This document shows positions 14,823 to 23,981 of a stretch of DNA of 26,296 nucleotides, in pieces (position 1 is the first letter of the stretch; every line of letters begins with the position of its first letter). A model generated the notes under the pieces. That model was given only the letters and a program-made list of their open reading frames with translations, did not search any database and had not been told where the DNA came from. Source of the stretch: a virus; IMG/VR virus record IMGVR_UViG_3300003323_001142, positions 1 through 26,296 of that record. One strand, 5' to 3'. A program made the position numbers and the translations under genes.

Positions 14823-15890
14823 TCAGGCGCGCCTTCGGCGGCCCATCGCCCGATCAAACAAGTCGCCCATCTCGTCATCCGTAAGCTGGCCGGCAGCGAT
14901 CCCGTCGACCTCACCCCGCCGAATCATCGCAAACATCTGAGCCCGCGCTGCACGCTCAATATCGAAGAGCGATGGGGCCACCTTGCATTCAAGCCCTCGC
15001 CACGTGAACTCAGTCGATCCTCTCAGGTGCTCTCGCACCCAGATTAGATCGCCAGCATCGGAGTCTCGCGAACGCCAATGTTGCTGCACCCAATGACGCA
15101 ACGCCGACCGTCTCCCGCTTGTCCCGGCATCACGGTCCGCATATAGATGCCTTACGCCAGCGGGATTTGTTTCGACGGATAATTTCGGGTGCCCACGAAA
15201 CCCCATAACCACGCGCCAATTGTAGCGACGTTCGAGCAACGCATTCAGTGCGCGAACGACGATATCCTGGCAAGTGCGCCTCTTTTGTGGATTGATGCGA
15301 TTGTCACCAAGGACAACGTATCCGAACTGACGCGACCACCCGATCATGGCGCCACCGTTCATCACATACGCGCCGGTATTTAGGATACCAGACTGGTAAT
15401 ACATCCACTTGTAGTCGGCCGCCCCCAATCCCCGCCACGCATGTTTGGCTGCCTGCAAAGTGGCCTGTATTACATACGGCATATTCGGATCGCCAGTGCT
15501 GAGCATCGATTGGTGATGAAGTCCGAGTTCGCCCACGTCGGTCGGCTTGATATCGGGAAACAGGATGTCGTCGGAAAGCCAAGACCCGGAATCGGCTAGC
15601 CGTCTCACCCGGTCCTCGGTCGTCATCTCATCACATGACACGCCGACGTCTAAAGGTTCGACGGTCCGTATTCCGCCAACCATAAACCCGCGCCGACCAT
15701 CAGACTCAGCTAGCATAAGCCACGCTAGCCGATCCTCTATGTCATCTGCAAACATGTCCCGGTGTCGCTGATCCACGGCGCGCTTTGGCCTATCGAGCCA
15801 TTTTGATTGCAACAGACGAACGTCGTCGTCAGATAACCCGTCCAGAAATGATTTGAGCCGAACGTCAACCACAACAGTAGGCCGTGTCAT
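14823..15890 (-). CDS. Hypothetical protein (355 aa), lower-GC insert
   Basis: Long ORF with AT-richer codons; RHWVQQHWR...WVREHLRG motif. Confidence 0.8.
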   Translation of the reverse strand: MTRPTVVVDVRLKSFLDGLSDDDVRLLQSKWLDRPKRAVDQRHRDMFADDIEDRLAWLMLAESDGRRGFMVGGIRTVEPLDVGVSCDEMTTEDRVRRLADSGSWLSDDILFPDIKPTDVGELGLHHQSMLSTGDPNMPYVIQATLQAAKHAWRGLGAADYKWMYYQSGILNTGAYVMNGGAMIGWSRQFGYVVLGDNRINPQKRRTCQDIVVRALNALLERRYNWRVVMGFRGHPKLSVETNPAGVRHLYADRDAGTSGRRSALRHWVQQHWRSRDSDAGDLIWVREHLRGSTEFTWRGLECKVAPSLFDIERAARAQMFAMIRRGEVDGIAAGQLTDDEMGDLFDRAMGRRRRA

Positions 15891-15935
15891 TTCCTGATAC
15901 CTTTCTTTTGGTAAGGCACATTCGATCGGGCGGCA

Positions 15936-16346
15936 TCATCGAGTTGCCTCGCGGTCGAGACATGCGCCCCCTCCCACTTCCGGCCCGCACTCGAAATCCC
16001 CGTACATCCACGCCTCGTCTTCGGGCCACGGCCCATGCCAATCACCGAGCTTCGGCCAGGGCGACTCGCCGCCCTCGATTGATCCCCACTCGCGCGCAGT
16101 CGGCCGCCGAAACGTTCCCTCGCCCTCCGTGTACATGGTCTCCGGGTTATTGCCGCGCGTGACCGGATAGCCCTCCCAAACGGAGATCCCGTCGGGCGCA
16201 TCTTCCAGGCCGAGCTCGTCGAGGTCGTCGTGGTGCTCTTCGTCGATCTCGTGCTGGATCCAGTCGCCGGAGTAGAACAGGACTACGCCCCGACCGTTGC
16301 GGGAGGCGACGACGGCGCGGTTGATGTCGATGTCGTCGTCATCCAT
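15936..16346 (-). CDS. Acidic hypothetical protein
   Basis: GGAGGAGG SD before MDDDDID. Confidence 0.75.
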   Translation of the reverse strand: MDDDDIDINRAVVASRNGRGVVLFYSGDWIQHEIDEEHHDDLDELGLEDAPDGISVWEGYPVTRGNNPETMYTEGEGTFRRPTAREWGSIEGGESPWPKLGDWHGPWPEDEAWMYGDFECGPEVGGGACLDREATR

Positions 16347-16677
16347 TGTCGCCTCCTCCCGCGCTCTGCCGCGCCCCATCCGACAACCTCCGAACCTCAT
16401 AGGTCGTATCCGGATAATGCGGCCGTCTATCGGCGATGATCTCGCGTGCTTCTTGCTCCGATCCCTCCCATCGCCTACCACCGCCGCTGCCGTTCTTCAG
16501 CCACCTGCCGCCTTTGCGGTCGACGAGCCAGACGCCGAACTCGGCGCAGCTAGCGACGCCAATTGGCGGCCGAACGAAGGTCTTGGTGAACCGCGCCTCC
16601 GTCCGCGTGACGGTCACCTCCAGGTCATCGTCGACGCCTTCGAGTTGCTTTCGGAGCTCACCGACCTTCATGGCCAC
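16339..16677 (-). CDS. Hypothetical protein (112 aa)
   Basis: MKVGELRKQLEGVDDDLEV N-terminal motif typical of phage accessory ORFs. Confidence 0.7.
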   Translation of the reverse strand: MAMKVGELRKQLEGVDDDLEVTVTRTEARFTKTFVRPPIGVASCAEFGVWLVDRKGGRWLKNGSGGGRRWEGSEQEAREIIADRRPHYPDTTYEVRRLSDGARQSAGGGDNG

Positions 16678-16990
16678 GCTCCCTCGCTGCTGATTCGACC
16701 AACCCCGCCTGCTCCCTGCACTGCCCGAGCGCCTCCGCGTCCGTCCGCCCCTCGCCCTTCACGTTCCGATCCCCACTCGTGAAGAGCCAGAACGTGTGCG
16801 GCTGGCCGTTCAGCCGATAATCGTTGTGAACAGCGACCGACCAGCCGGCGGCGCGGAGGTCGTCGGGGCACGACTCGACCCGCGGGTCAGCCGGCGCCTC
16901 GCCATGGCCTCCGCAGTTCTCGCACGTGAATACGCAGCAGCTGATGCACTTCTCCATCAGGCCTTCGCACTCGGGGCATCGATCACCCAC
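16658..16990 (-). CDS. Hypothetical protein, Cys-rich N-terminus
   Basis: AAGGAGG SD; LRAAGWSVAVHNDYRLNG..HTFWLFT. Confidence 0.7.
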   Translation of the reverse strand: MGDRCPECEGLMEKCISCCVFTCENCGGHGEAPADPRVESCPDDLRAAGWSVAVHNDYRLNGQPHTFWLFTSGDRNVKGEGRTDAEALGQCREQAGLVESAARERGHEGR

Positions 16991-17282
16991 CGCCCGCCTC
17001 CTTCCCCGCGGCCCCGCTGTCGCGCACCAGCTCCAGCTTCGGAGGTGGGCACGCGCAGCAATTGAGCGGCAGCGGCGCGCCGTCCTTGTGCGGGATCAGG
17101 CCCTGCACATTCCCGTTGACCTCGATGAGCTCGCCCACGTCCCAAGGCCGAGGCCCCTCGCATCCCGGCGCTACCGCTATCTGCGCATGGTCGACATCGA
17201 ACAGCACGAAGCCGCACCACGCGCAGAGCTGTCGACCCTTCGAGCCGACCTTGACCGGGAATCCGGCGATGTGGATCGTCAT
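16983..17282 (-). CDS. Hypothetical zinc-binding protein
   Basis: HIAG...CAWCG. Confidence 0.7.
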   Translation of the reverse strand: MTIHIAGFPVKVGSKGRQLCAWCGFVLFDVDHAQIAVAPGCEGPRPWDVGELIEVNGNVQGLIPHKDGAPLPLNCCACPPPKLELVRDSGAAGKEAGGG

Positions 17283-17284
17283 GG

Positions 17285-17488
17285 CTACTTCGCGATCGAT
17301 GCGCGTACAGCCGCGTCCTTGGCTTCCAGCAGCTTCCGTAGGGCGACCGTCCGCTCCGGGTTGCGCGGCAGGGTCGCGATGATCGTCCGAGCCAGTTCTC
17401 CGAATGGGCGCGAGACCTCCTGCAAGGTCGGCGGTAGATGTTCGTAGGCGAAGAATTGCTCGATGTGCTCTTGGTTATGGTCGGTCAT
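17285..17488 (-). CDS. 67-aa helical-hairpin protein resembling Acb2/Tad1-like domains; internal start within 17285-18883
   Basis: MTDHNQEHIEQFFAYEHLPPTLQEVSRPFGELARTIIATLPRNPERTVALRKLLEAKDAAVRASIAK, preceded by purine-rich GAGAAAGAAAAGG. Confidence 0.6.
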   Translation of the reverse strand: MTDHNQEHIEQFFAYEHLPPTLQEVSRPFGELARTIIATLPRNPERTVALRKLLEAKDAAVRASIAK

Positions 17489-18883
17489 GGTCGTTGCCTT
17501 TTCTTTCTCGGTGTCGTTTCTGTTTGCTGCGGCCCCGCCGTCGCTAGCCTCTCGCTGCTCCCGCAACGGCCGACCGTAATACGCCTCATAACGTCGAGCG
17601 CGCTCCTCCGTGGTCATCGGCACGTGATCGTGCTCGGAACTCGTCATAGCCGTGCAGGCGCCGCCCATCGCTTCGTCCGGGGTCAGCGCGCAGAGCGTAC
17701 ATGCCCGAACGAGGTTGTGTGCTGCCGTATCTGTCGGCTCCTTCCCGAGATCACCGTCCGGCCCACCATCCGCTTGCAGCTTGCTCCACCCGTCCCGCTT
17801 CAGCCTCTCGATCGCGCTGTCCAGCGATTGGATGTATTCGCCCCACGCATGCGGCTGGTCGTCGAACTCGGCCATGATGTCGGTGAGCTGGTCGGCGGCG
17901 CGGGCGACCTGGTGCAGGAGGGAGAGGCGGGTGGATTGCTCCCGCGCGGGGCCCGGGGGCTGGCAATCGATGCGGAAATGCCGCGCATCCCACCAGTGCT
18001 CGCTATCCCATCGGACTTTGACTTTGCCTCCACGCACTGCGATCACGGTGGCGTGTACGCCGAGCTCGGTCACAACGGAGTCGTCGACCCGCAGGCTTGT
18101 CGGCGGGGGCTCATCGATGGGTCCCGGCGGCAGCCCCTCCACCATCGCATTCACGTCGAGATCCGCGAATGCATCCGGAGCAGCGGCGTGCATCGTGTCG
18201 AGAAACTCGGCGCCAGATACGTACCGAGGCGCCGGGCCCGGGGGCCGGGAGACGGCTGCGAGGGCTACGGAAGCGCGCTCGCCGATGCTGATATCGATGT
18301 ACGGCAGTACGTGAGCACCGTTTGCCACGGCGCGTCGATAGGCATCAGCGAAGGGTCGCAACGCCTCCGCCAACCGCTCGCACTGCGCCCGCGCGGCGTC
18401 GCGTTCGTGCACCAGCTCACGGTTGCGCTGCTCCCAATGCCGATTGCAGCCTGGTGCGCGCGCGCAAACGGTATCTTCCCCGCAATCCCACGCTGTGTCC
18501 CTCTCCTCCCGAGCCGCCGCGAGCTCTGCCTCCGTCGCGGCGAGCCTCTGCTCGGCATCGGCCAGATCTACGCGCACCTTCAGCACGCCGTCGATCACGC
18601 ATTGCGCGTTGCCCGCCGGACCGTGATCGCCGCGCGCGAGAGCAGAATGGATCCGGGCGATGTCCGCCTCCGCCTTCTCCGCGCGGGCGAGGGCGGTGGT
18701 GAGCTGCTCACGGAGTTCGGCAATGGGGTCTTTCCCCGCCAGCACAGCGGCGAGAGTGGCCGCGTCAGGCTTCGACTCGCCGGTCCACGTCTGCCCTGTT
18801 GGCAACGGGGCCGCTTGCGTGAAACAGGAACAGCCAGGCAGAAGTTGCCCGCAGCGAAAACAATAGTTGGGACCAATCATCAC
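17285..18883 (-). CDS. Mosaic multidomain phage protein (coiled coil, Cys clusters, SH3/KOW-like segment, C-terminal hairpin domain)
   Basis: 532-aa ORF, GTGA coupling, PPGP linkers repeated three times. Confidence 0.75.
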   Translation of the reverse strand: MMIGPNYCFRCGQLLPGCSCFTQAAPLPTGQTWTGESKPDAATLAAVLAGKDPIAELREQLTTALARAEKAEADIARIHSALARGDHGPAGNAQCVIDGVLKVRVDLADAEQRLAATEAELAAAREERDTAWDCGEDTVCARAPGCNRHWEQRNRELVHERDAARAQCERLAEALRPFADAYRRAVANGAHVLPYIDISIGERASVALAAVSRPPGPAPRYVSGAEFLDTMHAAAPDAFADLDVNAMVEGLPPGPIDEPPPTSLRVDDSVVTELGVHATVIAVRGGKVKVRWDSEHWWDARHFRIDCQPPGPAREQSTRLSLLHQVARAADQLTDIMAEFDDQPHAWGEYIQSLDSAIERLKRDGWSKLQADGGPDGDLGKEPTDTAAHNLVRACTLCALTPDEAMGGACTAMTSSEHDHVPMTTEERARRYEAYYGRPLREQREASDGGAAANRNDTEKEKATTMTDHNQEHIEQFFAYEHLPPTLQEVSRPFGELARTIIATLPRNPERTVALRKLLEAKDAAVRASIAK

Positions 18884-19110
18884 CCACCGTCGCTTTCTCG
18901 CCCGGGAGCTCCGCCGCGGCGCTTCAGAATCTTCGCGATATGGTGCGCGGCCGCGAGGACGATCTTCCGGTCGCGGTCGTCTTCGAGATCGTCGAACAGG
19001 TATCCGCTGCCTTGGCCGATATCGTGCACGATCGTGGCCTGAAGACAGCGATACACGTAGCGTTGCGCCGCACCCCAGGCGCCCGAGCCCGTGAACTTAC
19101 GCGGCATCAC
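18880..19110 (-). CDS. Hypothetical protein
   Basis: AAGGAG SD; GTGA coupling. Confidence 0.65.
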   Translation of the reverse strand: MMPRKFTGSGAWGAAQRYVYRCLQATIVHDIGQGSGYLFDDLEDDRDRKIVLAAAHHIAKILKRRGGAPGRESDGG

Positions 19111-19328
19111 CCCTGCTCCTTCCCGCCATCGGCGGCCGGGGGCTGGGCGGAGGGCGGATCCCATATGTATCGGTCAGCAATTGCGTCTTCGATGACCATC
19201 TTTGCGAACTGCGCCAGAGAATGAAGACTGAACCGCATTTCTCGGCGCCTTGGGCCAAGCACGTTGCTTGCGACCCGGTACCCGCGGTTGATCGCGAATG
19301 CGCGCTGCCGCTCCGTCAGTTCAGCCAT
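19107..19328 (-). CDS. Hypothetical protein (73 aa)
   Basis: Overlapping start MAELTERQ. Confidence 0.65.
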   Translation of the reverse strand: MAELTERQRAFAINRGYRVASNVLGPRRREMRFSLHSLAQFAKMVIEDAIADRYIWDPPSAQPPAADGGKEQG

Positions 19329-19530
19329 TGTAATCCCCGTACTGTTCGAGGTGCTCTTTGCTCCAGTAGCTCTCATGTTCGCGGTTCAATGCCCGGAGAT
19401 CGCGAATGGGCTTCTTCACGATGTTCGCCGACCGTGAGCGGTCGCAAAGGAAGATGCCGTGCCAGCACGTAGCCATCAGGCACTCGCTGCACACGGTCAC
19501 GAGACGGTCGGCGTCCGACTGCTCACCCAT
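19321..19530 (-). CDS. Small Cys-rich protein
   Basis: AAGGAG SD; VTVCSECLMATCWHGIFLCD. Confidence 0.75.
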   Translation of the reverse strand: MGEQSDADRLVTVCSECLMATCWHGIFLCDRSRSANIVKKPIRDLRALNREHESYWSKEHLEQYGDYNG

Positions 19531-21037
19531 CGCTCTCTCCTTTGCCGGCGGCGGGGGCCCCCGGTGCCCGGCGGCAGCGGCCAATCCAGTCGACAGGCAC
19601 GGGCGAAGGTGCGCTAGGAATGGGAATTGCGGCAAAGAACCCTTCACCCATGAGACACCTCCTTCGGCTGCTCGGCCATCGCGCGCTCGTACTTTTCAAT
19701 CGCCGCCCTGGGACCGACGAGCAATCCGCTCCCGTCGCAGCGATCGCAGGTGTCTTCAATTGCCTCACCGGGGTGCGGCCCCCGATGGTGAAATCGGAGC
19801 TTGCCTTTGCCGACAGGCCTCCGCTCGCCGGCTTCGGGACCTTCGGCGCCTCTCGGTGTAAGCCGTCAATCGTATGGCGATTGTCCTCGGGTGCGTCATT
19901 CGCCTTTGGCGCGATGCTCTGGCGGCTTTCGGGGGGAATGGTTCGCTCGAGCGCGCGGGATTTGTACCCGTGCAGGGCGCCGCGCGCGTTGTTGAGCGCG
20001 AGGGTGATGCCCTGCTCTATCTCCGACTTGAGCCGCCCCCACGCCTCCTCATCGAAAACCGGAACCTCGACCCGCTCGGGCTCGTGCTTCGCCGTCTGAG
20101 CCTCGAGCTCGGCGATTCGCGCCCGCGGCGCTTTCGGGTCGTCGGCCTTGGCCCGCTCGATGGTGGCCGCCATCGTGACTCGGAGCTTCTCGAGATCGAT
20201 CGGCGCAAGCTTTCCGGCCGGGACCTCGGTCCCGAATTCGGGGGTCGCAGAACCATCGAACGTGCGCTTTTTACCGAACCGGATTCTTTTGAGCACGCCG
20301 AGCCATTGCGGGCTCCAGCAGAAGCAGTCGCCGGTCGGCAGGTCCGGGAGCTGCTTGACGAGCTCGCCCACATCGATCGACTTGCTCACGATCCACGACT
20401 CGATCGCCTTCCGATCTTGCTTTGCGTTCTGCCGGAAGCAGAAGAGCGTTTCTACCTGATTGAGCACATCCTTGTTCACCGCAGCGGCGCGCTGGGAGAT
20501 GAGGATCGTCCCGATGCCGTAGTTGCGCCCCTTCTTGATGAGCTTTTCGACGGCGCCAACCATCGCTGCGGCATCGCTCATCACCCGCTGGGGCACGATG
20601 TCCTGGCATTCCTCCCAGACCACCATGAGGGGCGACCGCGATCCCTTTTTGAGTCGGAGAAGCGCCGTTGCGAACGCCGTCACGAACTTCCGGAGCTCGC
20701 CCCCCGTGAAATCCGACACGTCGATCACGAGCGGGCTGCGGGTCGACACCGCGGTGTCGGCGACGAGCTCGCCATGACCCGCATCAAGCGGCAGGTCCCC
20801 TTGCTCCCCGCCGAGAATGGGAATCGGTATGCCGGGGCCCTTGCCGTCGGCCGCGAGTCGCAGGCTTCCCCAATTGCCGACCGTGTCGATGATGAGGACC
20901 TGGGCCCCAGCGTCGAGGAGCTCTTCCACGAGCTTGCCGGTTCCGTAGGTCTTGCCGCTGCCCGAGATGCCCAAAACCGCCATTTTCTGCGTAACGGCGT
21001 TCGGTGGGAGAGATAGATCGTGGGAGACGCGGAGCAT
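19523..21037 (-). CDS. HerA/FtsK-superfamily (DUF87-like) ATPase with aberrant C-terminus
   Basis: Walker A GISGSGKT, LIIDTVG, Walker B VWEECQ, KKGRNYGIG (Arg finger), ISQR. Confidence 0.85.
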   Translation of the reverse strand: MLRVSHDLSLPPNAVTQKMAVLGISGSGKTYGTGKLVEELLDAGAQVLIIDTVGNWGSLRLAADGKGPGIPIPILGGEQGDLPLDAGHGELVADTAVSTRSPLVIDVSDFTGGELRKFVTAFATALLRLKKGSRSPLMVVWEECQDIVPQRVMSDAAAMVGAVEKLIKKGRNYGIGTILISQRAAAVNKDVLNQVETLFCFRQNAKQDRKAIESWIVSKSIDVGELVKQLPDLPTGDCFCWSPQWLGVLKRIRFGKKRTFDGSATPEFGTEVPAGKLAPIDLEKLRVTMAATIERAKADDPKAPRARIAELEAQTAKHEPERVEVPVFDEEAWGRLKSEIEQGITLALNNARGALHGYKSRALERTIPPESRQSIAPKANDAPEDNRHTIDGLHREAPKVPKPASGGLSAKASSDFTIGGRTPVRQLKTPAIAATGADCSSVPGRRLKSTSARWPSSRRRCLMGEGFFAAIPIPSAPSPVPVDWIGRCRRAPGAPAAGKGESDG

Positions 21038-21186
21038 CAGTTCCTCACTCCCCTCCGCACCACCAGCCGATTCACCGCCCGCACGAACGTCGCGAGCAAC
21101 AACGCCTCCCGCGGCTCGACCGACACGACCACCCGCTCGACGGGGAGCGGGCCGGTTTGGAGGACGGCTTGGTGGTAGCAGAGCAT
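21037..21186 (-). CDS. Small hypothetical protein (49 aa)
   Basis: MLCYHQAVLQ...RGVRN; TGATG coupling to the ATPase. Confidence 0.45.
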   Translation of the reverse strand: MLCYHQAVLQTGPLPVERVVVSVEPREALLLATFVRAVNRLVVRRGVRN

Positions 21187-21220
21187 GGCGGTACGGAGGG
21201 GAGCATGGTCGTCCTATTGC

Positions 21221-21718
21221 CTAGAACCCGTACCCGTTGTTCTCGTCGTCTTCCGGCGCTTGCTCTTGCCTGTTACCCTGGCGAGTTCCGGACGACTGCT
21301 TGCCCCCGCCCCTCGGCTCCCATTGATGCATCGCTGGACTCGGGCTTGGCGGAGCAGCGGTAACCCGCTCATCGCCGCGCTTGCCCGACCAGACCTCGTA
21401 CGGGAAGAGGCGTCGCCACGCGATCCAGGTGGCAAGCGTGGCCGCGGTCTTGGCGTCCTTGTCGGCGTAGTCGCCGCCAGCGTCGGCGCTTTCTTGCTTC
21501 TTGCCGTGCCACCACTCGAGGCTGCGCAGGTCCATTTCGGACATGTACGTGAAGCCCTTGTTGCCGCGGGAGAGGCGGCCGTCGTAGAGCGGAGGTCGAG
21601 GAACGGCAGGGCGATCCATTGGCTCCAGCCGCGCCCGGGCCATATCGAATACAAGCCCGAGCGCGAGCTGGACGGGCAGCGTCGCGAATTCTTCTCGCGT
21701 CACGGCTGCCTCCGGCAT
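21221..21718 (-). CDS. Hypothetical protein with SSB-like acidic/aromatic tail
   Basis: TAATG-coupled to the Sak4-like gene; ends ...EQAPEDDENNGYGF. Confidence 0.75.
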   Translation of the reverse strand: MPEAAVTREEFATLPVQLALGLVFDMARARLEPMDRPAVPRPPLYDGRLSRGNKGFTYMSEMDLRSLEWWHGKKQESADAGGDYADKDAKTAATLATWIAWRRLFPYEVWSGKRGDERVTAAPPSPSPAMHQWEPRGGGKQSSGTRQGNRQEQAPEDDENNGYGF

Positions 21719-22746
21719 TACGCCGCACCCTTTTGGTCTGCTGCCTGTAGCTCTGCCTTGCGAGCATTCAGCGCCGAGCCGAGCGCCTTCCGTTGTGCGG
21801 CCGTCCACGGCTTGCCCTTGAAGCTCTCTGCGACGTTGCCGATTTCTTCGAGGCTCAGCGCTGCTTTCGCGGCAGCTACCCCGGCCTTGAGCTCTTCCTC
21901 GCTCGGCTCCTTGGCGTCACCGCCAGCAGCCCACTCGGCGAGTTGCTGGCCTATGTCTTCCGATAGTGGAACGCGCCGCTCGAAGATGTGCTGGAACTGG
22001 CCGGGGATCTTCATCATTTCCTGTTCGCCGGGGAACTCGGATTCCCACGTCGGCACCCCGCGCGCGCCCGGCAACAGAACGCACTTCACGGTCATTTCGA
22101 AAATGAACTCTTCGCCTGCAATGGCGCAGTAGCCCATCGGCGTTACCGCATCGAGCCCCGCGGCCTTCTCTTTCTTCGTGGCGATCTTGAGCTTCTGCTT
22201 GGCGCGAAAGTTGAAGATCGCGCTCACCTTTAGCTCGGTGAGAAGAGCGCTTATGAGCTTGCGGCGATTCGCCTTCGGCATACCCCATGCCGACATCTTC
22301 ATCGCCTCCTCGGAGGTCTTATACTGTTCGGCGAGCCGCTTGGCCTCCGCCGCATGCTGCTCCAGCACGCCGCCGACGCCATCGTGCTCGTGGCTCATGC
22401 TGTCCACGACGATGATCTTGGCGCCGCGCTTCGCGCAATGCTCGATGGCCGCGAGATATCGAAGCGAGCCGAACGGCGAACCGAATGGCACGTGGTGAAA
22501 GTTGAACGTGCCGCGAGAAGGGTCCGCTTTCTTACCCGGCAGCGGCGCGTAATGCAGCATCCGATTCGACTCGGTGTCGATCCCGAAGATCTCGCCGCCG
22601 GTCACCCGCTGCATTCCGGTGGCTAGCCGTAGCGCGGAATATGTCTTGCCGGTTCCGCTCGGTCCGACCAGAGCGGCGAAAAGCGGCGTTGCCACTCGTG
22701 CGGCGGGCGTATCGGTGAAAGTCCACTCCTGATTGCTCTGCGTCAT
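21718..22746 (-). CDS. Sak4-like (AAA_24/RecA-fold) phage recombination ATPase
   Basis: GPSGTGKT, GIDTE, IIVVDSMSHEHDG.GG; AAGGAG SD; downstream of exonuclease. Confidence 0.85.
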   Translation of the reverse strand: MTQSNQEWTFTDTPAARVATPLFAALVGPSGTGKTYSALRLATGMQRVTGGEIFGIDTESNRMLHYAPLPGKKADPSRGTFNFHHVPFGSPFGSLRYLAAIEHCAKRGAKIIVVDSMSHEHDGVGGVLEQHAAEAKRLAEQYKTSEEAMKMSAWGMPKANRRKLISALLTELKVSAIFNFRAKQKLKIATKKEKAAGLDAVTPMGYCAIAGEEFIFEMTVKCVLLPGARGVPTWESEFPGEQEMMKIPGQFQHIFERRVPLSEDIGQQLAEWAAGGDAKEPSEEELKAGVAAAKAALSLEEIGNVAESFKGKPWTAAQRKALGSALNARKAELQAADQKGAA

Positions 22747-22808
22747 CTTCGTTCTCCTTCTTCATCTTCACGGTTTGGGTACTGCCTGCTTCAACAGCTT
22801 TTTTGCGC

Positions 22809-23981
22809 CTACAACCCGCCGAACTCTTCTGCCGCGGCTCCGCGCTGCACCTGCGAATCAAGCGACTTCGCCACCATCCACGGGTGCGCCTCGACGCCGA
22901 TCGCCTTCTCTACGTATCCGGGCCACCGGTTCGTTCGGAGGCATTGATCCCAGACGCCGACCGCGTAGTTCCAGCGCGATCGGCCGACCTCACGCATCGA
23001 TCCGCGTAGCTCGATGGGAGTCACGCAAAACGGCTCCGTCGCCTCGATGAATACGAACAGGAACGAGACCCGGCCAGCGAGCTCGGGACGCAGCGCCTCG
23101 ATGGCGCACCGATAGGCCGCGTCCTGGATATCATATCCCATAGCATAGATTTGGCGCGTGCAGAAGTCGGGGTGTGCGTTTGCGGTCGTCTTGATATCGA
23201 TAATTCGGGCCTGGCTCTCGATCCAGTGATCCAGCATTCCGCGGCACACCACGTCGTTGCTGCCGAGGGGGTTGTCTTGCATCCAGAACGCCGCCATTTC
23301 GTTTTCACCGGTGAGCCGAATGTCGAGCGCGTCGAGCTGGGGACGGACCTCCGCGGCAATGGCCTCCGCCCGCTCCAACTCGTGACCAAGAACAGGCGTC
23401 TTGCCCAGTGCACGAAAGGCATCGCGCTTTGCTCTGGCGTCTTTCGTTCGCCAATCGTCGGCGTCGATTCGAACGATGTCCCGGCCCGCGCCTAGCAGCA
23501 GCTTGTGGACGACCGTCCCGACGTCCATGGCCCTCTTAACATCGCCACGACGGTTGCCAAGCCGCGGATGCGCTAGCCTTGCGTGCGCTGGCGATTGAGC
23601 GATCAGGGTATGGGCAATGCCCTGGGAAAGCGACGGCATGACGCATGGATCCGCGTGGTACACGTCGGGATCCATCTGGCCGAACCAGCCAGCCGGCACC
23701 GGATTCGGCGGAGGCGAACGAACGAGCGAGGGGGCTTTCGCGAAGACCGCCCCGGTCTCCGCCGCCGCCCCAAAGCCCGCAACAACCAACGCCTGCCCGT
23801 CGACCCGATCCCATTCCGCCCGAGCAGCCGCAAGCCGCTCTTTGGCCGTAGCAAGCGCCGCATCATGCTGCTCGCAGGGACACGACGCGGCGTCCTGCTC
23901 CGCAATCTCGACCGCGTGCTTGGCCTGGTGGACCGCTACCCGCGCTTCCCCGATCCGGTCTTTGGTGATGCGTCCGCTCAT
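22809..23981 (-). CDS. RecE/exonuclease VIII-like PD-(D/E)XK nuclease (DUF3799-like)
   Basis: YHAD...SLSQ..SPAH, MDVGTVVH..LL, CRGMLD, IIDIKTT, YDIQDAAY. Confidence 0.9.
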   Translation of the reverse strand: MSGRITKDRIGEARVAVHQAKHAVEIAEQDAASCPCEQHDAALATAKERLAAARAEWDRVDGQALVVAGFGAAAETGAVFAKAPSLVRSPPPNPVPAGWFGQMDPDVYHADPCVMPSLSQGIAHTLIAQSPAHARLAHPRLGNRRGDVKRAMDVGTVVHKLLLGAGRDIVRIDADDWRTKDARAKRDAFRALGKTPVLGHELERAEAIAAEVRPQLDALDIRLTGENEMAAFWMQDNPLGSNDVVCRGMLDHWIESQARIIDIKTTANAHPDFCTRQIYAMGYDIQDAAYRCAIEALRPELAGRVSFLFVFIEATEPFCVTPIELRGSMREVGRSRWNYAVGVWDQCLRTNRWPGYVEKAIGVEAHPWMVAKSLDSQVQRGAAAEEFGGL

